Below are positions 1-7,800 of a DNA stretch of 64,000 nucleotides, piece by piece (within the stretch, counting starts at the first letter, position 1; the number at the start of each line of letters is the position of its first letter). This DNA is from Eledone cirrhosa (lineage: Eukaryota): assembly GCA_964016885.1 (NCBI GenBank), contig OZ024766.1:11966001-12030000 (forward strand), written 5' to 3'. Below the pieces are notes generated by a model, which saw only the letters and a program-made list of their open reading frames with translations, was not told the origin of the DNA and searched no databases. Both the position numbers and the translations under genes were made by a program.

Positions 1-78
<78 letters not shown>
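1..78. repeat. Compound microsatellite (CT)n(AT)n
   Basis: Pure CT repeat 1-30 followed by AT repeat 31-78. Confidence 0.99.
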
Positions 79-81
<3 letters not shown>

Positions 82-246
82 AATTGAAATACTAGAGTGT
101 GTTGGAGTTAAACACCCTCTTCGTATTATAGAAATGATAGTGCTTCTTATAGCTTTAATTGCCCTAATGAGTCCTTAATAGGACGAAACATTGTTGGCTA
201 ATAAAGACTTTTGATGTATTGAAGGCTTCTTTGGTTTATTTTCATA
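79..246 (+). mobile_element. Probable Penelope-like element pLTR/3'-end fragment inserted in (AT)n
   Basis: Unique ~170-bp segment flanked by (AT)n on both sides. It contains a minimal type I hammerhead followed directly by AATAAA (200-205), an arrangement typical of PLE pLTRs. Family assignment is inference. Confidence 0.5.
158..202 (+). ncRNA. Minimal type I hammerhead ribozyme motif, degenerate (G5A core change)
   Basis: Stem I GCC(161-163)/GGC(196-198); core CTAATGA (164-170; canonical CTGATGA); stem II GTCCT/AGGAC with TAAT loop (171-184); GAAA (185-188); short stem III C-ATT-G; cleavage triplet GUU (193-195). Confidence 0.7.
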
Positions 247-263
247 ATATATATATATATACA

Positions 264-345
264 TATCATCATCATCATCATCATCATCATCATACGTCCG
301 CTCTTCCCTGCTTGCAAGGGTGGGACGGGTCTTATTCAGCACTCA
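264..345 (-). mobile_element. RTE-type 3' tail fragment with (TGA)n tail
   Basis: (CAT)n followed by ACGTCCGCTCTTCCCTGCTTGCAAGGGTGGGACGGG, homologous to the tails at 1671-1735 and 3424-3495. Confidence 0.75.
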
Positions 346-382
346 ATCTCTCCACTTGTCACTGTCCTATATATATATATAT

Positions 383-545
383 TTTTTCCATTAACATTAC
401 AAGGGGTCTGATGAGCTGTGGATTACAGAGTCGGGTCAGATCGATACAGATCGAACCTTGAGCTGATCAGTGGCGAAAAGCGCGTCACCAACCAATAAAC
501 GTAACGAAGGAGTAACCAATTGTCCTTGTTATCTTATTTCACTAT
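383..545 (+). mobile_element. Probable second Penelope-like pLTR fragment carrying the hammerhead
   Basis: Begins right after (AT)n, holds a hammerhead plus polyA signal, and ends near a short TATA run. Boundaries approximate. Confidence 0.45.
403..493 (+). ncRNA. Type I hammerhead ribozyme motif with intact catalytic core and long stem II
   Basis: Stem I GGT(405-407)/ACC(487-489); CTGATGA (408-414); ~60-nt imperfect stem II closed by GC(415-416)/GC(473-474); GAAA (475-478); near-palindromic stem III AGCGCG; GUC cleavage triplet (484-486); AATAAA at 494-499. Confidence 0.75.
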
Positions 546-594
546 ATACACTCTGTCTAGCTCTACACCTCGACACTGAAGTGAACCTAAACAT

Positions 595-1160
595 GGAGAG
601 AATAAAAAAGTGCAGGGCAATAAAAATAGACGGTAGCCACGGAGTAGGCAGACCCAGAAAAACCTGGGACGACTTGATAAATTCCGACCTCACACACTTG
701 CACCTCTCCAAGATAATGTCACTGGACCGAGACCTTTGGCGCTACACAGTAATAGAGAAGACCCGCCTTACCTAAGTACAAAGTGAAACCTACTACAGTC
801 AGTAGGCACCTCTAACAAAAATACACCCCGGCTCCACTACCCCCACCTCATCCACACCACCCCTTCAATATAAAGTTATGTTGGTACCACAACATCCAGT
901 CCTAAACAAATGAGATTGTGTAGGTGTCACGACAAAAAAACACACAGTCCACGCTGTAATGTGGCCGTGTAGGTAACACGGTAAAAACCTCCCAGGCCCA
1001 CACTGTAAACGTGGTTGGTGTTAGGAAGGGCATCCAGCCGTAGAAAACACGCCAGACAGTCCTATACGAGCAGGACAACCACTCTTGCCTCAAGTGGGAA
1101 AAGTCCCGTCCAAACCCATGCAAGCGTGGAAGATGGACGTTAAACGATGATGATGATGAT
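595..1160 (+). mobile_element. 5'-truncated RTE-clade (BovB-like) LINE: ORF C-terminus, 3' UTR and (GAT)n tail
   Basis: Translation KKC...GVGRPRKTWDDLI...DRDLWRY* (stop at 773-775) is the typical RTE ORF C-terminal motif. The 3' UTR contains GGAAGGGCATCCAGC and ends GGACGTTAAACGATGATGATGAT. Confidence 0.8.
916..1014 (-). repeat. Two diverged ~49-50-bp direct repeats in the LINE 3' UTR, homologous to the satellite monomer
   Basis: The reverse complement reads CCACGTTTACAGTGTGGGCCTGGGAGGTTTTTACCGTGTTACCTACACGG-CCACATTACAGCGTGGACTGTGTGTTTTTTTGTCGTGACACCTACACAA. Confidence 0.8.
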
Positions 1161-1172
1161 ATATATATATCT

Positions 1173-1413
1173 CATCATCATCATCGTTTAATCTCCATCT
1201 TCCACCTTATGGGTAGCACGGTGGACCATGTTTAGCTCACTCGGGGCAGATTTTTGCTTAGTTTCTACAGCTGGATGTCCTTCCTAATGCCAACTACCTT
1301 TACAGCGTGGGCTGGGTGCTTTTTGTTGTGTTACCGACACAACCACTTTAAAATGTGGACTGGCCACTTTTTGTTGTGACACCTACACAACCACTTTAAC
1401 AGAGTGGACTGGA
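1173..1413 (-). mobile_element. RTE/SINE 3' region containing ~2.5 proto-satellite units (one exactly 48 bp)
   Basis: (CAT)n tail, then TTTCTACAGCTGGATGTCCTTCCTAATGCCAAC, then units starting at ~1294, 1343 and 1391 (CCACTTTA... spacing 48 bp). Confidence 0.8.
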
Positions 1414-1426
1414 CATATATATATAT

Positions 1427-1453
1427 GAAAAAATGGACATTAAATGATGATGA
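1427..1453 (+). mobile_element. Extremely truncated RTE 3' tail
   Basis: GAAAAAATGGACATTAAATGATGATGA matches the 3' terminus at 1129-1160. Confidence 0.55.
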
Positions 1454-1491
1454 ATATGTTTGTGTATATATATATATATATATATATATAG

Positions 1492-1571
1492 AGGAACCAG
1501 TAAGACCCCGACGGCTGAGCTCAAGCCGTCGAAACGGCTTGAGCTCAGCCGTCGGGGTCTTACTGGTTCCT
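1492..1571. repeat. Perfect inverted repeat, 38-bp arms with 4-nt CGAA spacer
   Basis: AGGAACCAGTAAGACCCCGACGGCTGAGCTCAAGCCGT (1492-1529) and its exact reverse complement (1534-1571). Confidence 0.97.
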
Positions 1572-1669
1572 ATTACCCACTCTACTACCCTAAGTATTGA
1601 GTACTTTGGTGCGTTATGGTCCACCTGGTTCCTTACCACATTTCCTTCGTTATATATATATATATATAT

Positions 1670-2008
1670 ATCATCATCATTTCATTTTACGTCCCCTTTT
1701 TCCCTGCTTGCAAGGGTGGGATGGGAACTGATTCTGGCTTGATTTCTACAGCTGGATGCCCTTCCTAACACCAACCTCATTTACAGTGAGTGCTGGGTGC
1801 TTTTTTGCCGTGGCACCTCCACGACCACTTTGCAGTGGAATGATAGGGACCCCAGTCCCTATCATCTCATTTCTACAGCTGAGTAAACTGGAGCAATGTG
1901 AAATAAAGTGTCTTGCTCAAGGAAACAGCACATCACCCGGTCTGAGAATTGAACTCACAACCTTTCGATTGCAAGGCCAATGCTCTAACCGCTAAGCCAT
2001 GTGCCTCC
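1670..2008 (-). mobile_element. Full-length tRNA-derived SINE with RTE-like 3' tail
   Basis: Minus-strand head GGAGGCACATGGCTTAGCGGTTAGAGCA...GTTCAATTC with Pol III A box (1989-1999) and B box (1946-1954); body CCTTGAGCAAGACACTTT; internal hairpin ATGATAGGGAC/GTCCCTATCAT; RTE-like 3' region and (TGA)n tail. Confidence 0.85.
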
Positions 2009-2222
2009 ATTATATGTAATATTTATAAAAAACACCAAAGCATTAATGCTTTTTCAACCTAACACATATTTCAGCAGATAGGACTTCATTTCAATGTTGT
2101 GTAGTTACATACTTCAACATTTTTGAAATTCTTGAAAAAATTTAAAATATAATTTTTTCCAAATTTTATACTGACCTGTATTTTTTTTTATAACATTCAT
2201 TTTTTGGTGTGTTTTTTAATAA

Positions 2223-2270
<48 letters not shown>

Positions 2271-2283
2271 ATGTGCGTGTGTC

Positions 2284-3029
2284 ATACTGATTAATGGTCA
2301 GAGCCATCCTCAGCATTCTCGTGTAGCACCTATCCACCATCTGAGTGAGTTTCTTGGTCAGTGTCCAAGTCTCAGACCCATACAGCAGCACAGACTCCAC
2401 TACAGCAATGAAGAGGCGGATTTTCAAGTCTTTATGAAGGTCCGACTTCCCCACTGATCTCAAGCTGTGGCACGCCGCCCAGGCTTTGCTCTTCCTCTCA
2501 ACCACATCATCTTCCGTATTCCCAATCTTTGCTCCCAAATACAGGAAGTCCTCAACTAATTCCGCCTACATTAGTGATTCCCTCTGGCTTCTCAACATTC
2601 TCTACCTGATATTTTGTTTTAGTCTCATTCATTCTCAGCCCCACACTCATCGACGCAATCTCCACCTCCCGCATCAAATCCTCTGCCTCCTTCACTGTAT
2701 TTGTCACCGAAACTATGTCGTCGGCAAATCTGAGCTGGTGCTACAGTAAAGCCAGAGTCCTGGTATTTCTCCAGTGCAAGGCGCATACAATAGTCCACTA
2801 TGTTGATAAAAAGTTATGGAGCCAATGTATCTCCCTGGAGCACTCCAGCCAGTATCTCAAAGAACTCTGTCATCCCATCAGGTGTAATGACTTGGGCTTT
2901 GGTGTTGGTGTAGAGGAGTGATATCAGGTCCACTATCTTCTTGGGGATTCCATAAGCCTGTAAGATCTTCATTAGGCAGTGATGGTCCACAGAATCAAAG
3001 GCCTTCCTAAAGTCAATGAAAACCATGAC
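2284..3029 (-). pseudogene. Inverted 5' part of a non-LTR retrotransposon reverse transcriptase (RTE-like), degraded
   Basis: IDFRKAFDSV, GVLQGDTLAP and LLYGSETW RT motifs on the minus strand, interrupted by stops and frameshifts. Confidence 0.9.
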
Positions 3030-3406
3030 TGGGTCTGAGACTTGGAGACTGACCAAGAAACTCACTCAGATGGTGGATGGGTGCTACACGAGAATGCTGA
3101 GGATGGCTCTGAACATTAATCAGTATACACTGAGGATGAAAAACTCAGAGCTGTATGGGAGCATCCCAAAAGTCAGCTCGAGAGTGACACAGCGGAGGTT
3201 GAGGTTAGCTGGACATGCTCACTGACATCCAGAGTTGACATTGCACTCAGTACTCCTGTGGGAGTCCCTACATGGACACACTGGAAGAGGAAGACTAAGG
3301 ACAGACACTGGTCTGTTGGAGACGCAGGACATGGCAGCGATAGTGAGGGACAGAGACCGCTGGAGAGAACTCGTCCATGGATCTCGGGAATTTTACCTGC
3401 CCAAGA
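3030..3406 (+). pseudogene. Sense-oriented 3' part of the same RTE-like LINE
   Basis: GSETW...RRLRLAGH...GRGR...DRDRWRELV, ending at (AT)n. The first 97 bp duplicate 2284-2380 in inverted orientation. Confidence 0.88.
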
Positions 3407-3423
3407 ATATATATATATTTATG

Positions 3424-3714
3424 TCATCATCATCATCATCATCATCATTTCATTTTACGTCCACTTTTTTCCTGCTTGCAAGGGTGGGACGGGAACTGAT
3501 TCTGGCCTGATTTCTACAGCTGGATGCCCTTCCTAACACCAACCTCATTTACAGTGAGTGCTGGGTGCTTTTTTGCCGTGGCACCTCCACGACCACTTTA
3601 CAGTGGAATGATAGGGACCCAGTCCCTATCATCTCATTTCTACAGCTGAGTAAACTGGAGCAATGTGAAATAAAGTGTCTTGCTCAAGGAAACAACACAT
3701 CACCCGGTCTGAGA
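3424..3714 (-). mobile_element. Second, 5'-truncated copy of the SINE at 1670-2008
   Basis: Near-identical to 1671-1947 but lacks most of the tRNA-like head. Confidence 0.88.
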
Positions 3715-3769
3715 TTAGAAGTCGCAGAGATAGACACATTTTTCAAATACTTGAAGGTTCTATAGAGGA

Positions 3770-4605
3770 GGTTGATAGCTACTGGTACCTAGGTGATCAG
3801 ATTAGCAAGGGAGGAGGGAGCTCCTAGGTCATAGTATCTAGAATAAGGACTGGTTGGAAGAAGTTTAGGGACCTGCTTCCTCTGTTGACAAAGAAGGGTT
3901 TCTCCCTACGAACGAAAGGCCGGTTATATGATGCCTGTGTGAGATGCACGATGCTGCATGGTAGTGAGACATGGGCAGCAACTGCAGAGGATATGCGATG
4001 GCTGGAGAGAAATGAAGCAAGCATGCTCTGTTGGATGTGTAATGTCAATGTGTGTGAACGGCCAAGCATAGAGGAGTTGAGAGAGAAACTGTGTCTGAGA
4101 GGGATAAGTTGTGGTGTGTGGGAGAGAAGACTGAGATGGTATGGATATGTGATGAGTTGAGAGAGAAACTGTGTATACGAGGGATAAGTTGTAGTGTGTG
4201 GGAGAGAAGACTGAGATGGTATGGACATGTGATGAGTTGAGAGAGAAACTGTGTCTGAGAGGGATAAATTGTGGTGTGTGGGAGAGATGACTGAGATGGT
4301 ATGGACATGTGATGTGTTGAGAGAGAAACTGTGTCTGAGAGGGATAAGTTGTAGTGTGTGGGAGAGAATGCTGAGATGGTATGGACATGTGATGAGTTGA
4401 GAGAGAAACTGTGTCTGAGAGGGATAAGTTGTGGTGTGTGGGAGAGAAGACTGAGATGGTATGGACATGTGATGTGTTGAGAGAGAAACTGTGTCTGAGA
4501 GGGATAAGTTGTAGTGTGTGGGAGAGAAGACTGTGATGGTATGGACATGTGATGCACATGGAAGATAACCACTGGGTGAAGAAGTGCCAAGAAATCCTAT
4601 AGGTT
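3770..4605 (+). pseudogene. RTE-BovB-like RT C-terminal fragment interrupted by a minisatellite
   Basis: YLGDQI...RIRTGWKKFRDLLPLLT...MLHGSETW...RRLRWYGHVM, resuming HMEDNHWVKKC after the repeat. Confidence 0.88.
4074..4553 (+). repeat. 80-bp tandem repeat x6 derived from LINE RT coding sequence
   Basis: Units start at 4074, 4154, 4234, 4314, 4394 and 4474; alternating TGTGGTG/TGTAGTG variants. Confidence 0.97.
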
Positions 4606-4629
4606 AGACATATATATATATATCTCCTC

Positions 4630-4748
4630 CTCATCATCGTGTAATGTCTATCTTCCACGCTAGCATGGGTTAGACAGGAATTGTCCCACTTGAGGCAAGA
4701 TAAGTCGGGTGACTGTGTCTCGCTCATACAGCACTGTATCTCTATCTT

Positions 4749-4752
<4 letters not shown>
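4630..4752 (-). mobile_element. RTE 3' tail fragment, same family as 1040-1160, co-oriented with the satellite
   Basis: TCATCATCGTGTAATGTCTATCTTCCACGCTAGCATGGGTT...CCCACTTGAGGCAAGA is the reverse complement of 1083-1155 with mismatches. Confidence 0.8.

Positions 4753-4817
<65 letters not shown>
4753..4817. repeat. (TA)n microsatellite
   Basis: Pure TA run. Further (AT)n runs occur at ~247, 368, 1465, 1651, 2227, 3407 and 4610. Confidence 0.98.
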
Positions 4818-4821
<4 letters not shown>

Positions 4822-4858
4822 TATCTTTTGGTCGTTTTGGAAGCATCAACAATGCAGA

Positions 4859-4898
4859 TGGGTTATTCTCTGGGTAACAGGAGCCAGAGAATAACCCA
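4859..4898. other. Perfect 15-bp-stem hairpin at the satellite boundary
   Basis: TGGGTTATTCTCTGG (4859-4873), 10-nt loop, CCAGAGAATAACCCA (4884-4898). The last 3 nt overlap monomer 1. Confidence 0.92.
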
Positions 4899-7800
4899 CT
4901 TTACAGTGTGGACTGGGAGCTGTTTGCTGTGTCTCCTACATGACCACTTTACAGTGTGGACTGGGAGCTGTTTGCTGTGTCTCCTACATGACCACTTTAC
5001 AGTGTGGACTGGGTGCTGTTTGCTGTGTCTCCTACATGACCACTTTACAGTGTGGACTGGGTGCTGTTTGCTGTGTCTCCTACATGACCACTTTACAGTG
5101 TGGACTGGGTGCTGTTTGCTGTGTCTCCTACATGACAACTTTACAGTGTGAACTGGGTGCTGTTTGCTGTGTCTCCTACATGACCACTTTACAGTGTGGA
5201 CTGGGTGCTGTTTGCTGTGTCTCCTACATGACCACTTTACAGTGTGGACTGGGTGCTGTTTGCTGTGTCTCCTACATGACCACTTTACAGTGTGGACTGG
5301 GTGCTGTTTGCTGTGTCTCCTACATGACCACTTTACAGTGTGGACTGGGTGCTGTTTGCTGTGTCTCCTACATGACCACTTTACAGTGTGGGCTGGGTGC
5401 TGTTTGCTGTGTCTTTTACATGTCCCCTTTACAGTGTGGGCTGGCTACCCTTTGTTGTGACACCTACATGACCACTTTACAGTGTGGGCTGGGTGCTGTT
5501 TGCTGTGTCTTTTACATGACCACTTTACAGTGTGGACTGGGTGCTGTTTGCTGTGTCTCCTACATGACCACTTTACAGTGTGGGCTGGGTGCTGTTTGCT
5601 GTGTCTCCTACATGACCACTTTACAGTGTGGGCTGGGTGCTGTTTGCTGTGTCTCCTACATGACCACTTTACAGTGTGGACTGGGTGCTGTTTGCTGTGT
5701 CTCCTACATGACCACTTTACAGTGTGGACTGGGTGCTGTTTGCTGTGTCTCCTACATGACCACTTTACAGTGTGGACTGGGTGCTGTTTGCTGTGTCTCC
5801 TACATGACCACTTTACAGTGTGGACTGGGTGCTGTTTGCTGTGTCTCCTACATGACCACTTTACAGTGTGGACTGGGTGCTGTTTGCTGTGTCTCCTACA
5901 TGACCACTTTACAGTGTGGACTGGGTGCTGTTTGCTGTGTCTCCTACATGACCACTTTACAGTGTGGGCTGGGTGCTGTTTGCTGTGTCTTTTAGATGTC
6001 CCCTTTACAGTGTGGGCTGGCTACCCTTTGTTGTGACACCTACATGACCACTTTACAGTGTGGGCTGGGTGCTGTTTGCTGTGTCTTTTACATGACCACT
6101 TTACAGTGTGGACTGGGTGCTGTTTGCTGTGTCTCCTACATGACCCCTTTACAGTGTGGGCTGGGTGCTGTTTGCTGTGTCTCCTACATGACCACTTTAC
6201 AGTGTGGGCTGGGTGCTGTTTGCTGTGTCTCCTACATGACCACTTTACAGTGTGGACTGGGTGCTGTTTGCTGTGTCTCCTACATGACCACTTTACAGTG
6301 TGGACTGGGTGCTGTTTGCTGTGTCTCCTACATGACCACTTTACAGTGTGGACTGGGTGCTGTTTGCTGTGTCTCCTACATGACCACTTTACAGTGTGGA
6401 CCGGGTGCTGTTTGCTGTGTCTCCTACATGACCACTTTACAGTGTGGACTGGGTGCTGTTTGCTGTGTCTCCTACATGACCACTTTACAGTGTGGACTGG
6501 GAGCTGTTTGCTGTGTCTCCTACATGACCACTTTACAGTGTGGACTGGGTGCTGTTTGCTGTGTCTTTTACATGACCACTTTACAGTGTGGACTGGGTGC
6601 TGTTTGCTGTGTCTTTTACATGACCACTTTACAGTGTGGACTGGGTGCTGTTTGCTGTGTCTCCTACACGACCACTTTACAGTGTGGACTGGGTGCTGTT
6701 TGCTGTGTCTCCTACACGACCACTTTACAGTGTGGACTGGGTGCTGTTTGCTGTGTCTCCTACATGACCACTTTACAGTGTGGACTGGGAGCTGTTTGCT
6801 GTGTCTCCTACATGACCACTTTACAGTGTGGACTGGGTGCTGTTTGCTGTGTCTTTTACATGACCACTTTACAGTGTGGACTGGGTGCTGTTTGCTGTGT
6901 CTTTTACATGACCACTTTACAGTGTGGACTGGGTGCTGTTTGCTGTGTCTCCTACATGACCACTTTACAGTGTGGACTGGGTGCTGTTTGCTGTGTCTCC
7001 TACATGACCACTTTACAGTGTGGACTGGGTGCTGTTTGCTGTGTCTCCTACATGACCACTTTACAGTGTGGACTGGGAGCTGTTTGCTGTGTCTCCTACA
7101 TGACCCCTTTACAGTGTGGGCTGGGTGCTGTTTGCTGTGTCTCCTACATGACCACTTTACAGTGTGGACTGGGAGCTGTTTGCTGTGTCTCCTACATGAC
7201 CACTTTACAGTGTGGGCTGGGTGCTGTTTGCTGTGTCTCCTACATGACCACTTTACAGTGTGGGCTGGGTGCTGTTTGCTGTGTCTCCCACATGACCACT
7301 TTACAGTGTGGACTGGGTGCTGTTTGCTGTGTCTCCTACATGACCACTTTACAGTGTGGACTGGGTGCTGTTTGCTGTGACACCTACATGACCACTTTAC
7401 AGTGTGGACTGGGTGCTGTTTGCTGTGTCTCCTACATGACCACTTTACAGTGTGGACTGGGTGCTCTTTGCTGTGTCTCCTACATGACCACTTTACAGTG
7501 TGGACTTGGTGCTGTTTGCTGTGTCTTTTACATGACCACTTTACAGTGTGGACTGGGTGCTGTTTGCTGTGTCTTCTACATGACCACTTTACAGTGTGGA
7601 CTGGGTGCTGTTTGCTGTGTCTCCTACATGACCACTTTACAGTGTGGGCTGGGTGCTGTTTGCTGTGTCTCCTACATGACCACTTTACAGTGTGGACTGG
7701 GTGCTGTTTGCTGTGTCTCCTACATGACCACTTTACAGTGTGGACTGGGTGCTGTTTGCTGTGTCTCCTACATGACCCCTTTACAGTGTGGACTGGGAGC

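Noticed and set aside
94-120. Imperfect hairpin AGAGTGTGTT/AACACCCTCT as a terminator
   Set aside because: Short and mismatched, with no bacterial context. At most it is part of the PLE-like fragment.
1935-2008. tRNA gene
   Set aside because: A and B boxes are present, but the sequence continues into a SINE body and tail, and I could not form a proper acceptor stem. It is a SINE head.
219-4894. Short ORFs with poly-His, poly-Ile/Tyr or poly-Ser runs, and antisense ORFs at 3824-4727
   Set aside because: These are translations of (CAT)n and (AT)n microsatellites and of the 80-bp minisatellite.
4896-4943. Ribozyme or RAG recombination signal inside the satellite monomer
   Set aside because: No CTGANGA/GAAA core on either strand. 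TACAGTG and CACAGCA only resemble the RSS heptamer and no nonamer is present. Only a 4-bp hairpin (CACT-TTAC-AGTG) is seen.
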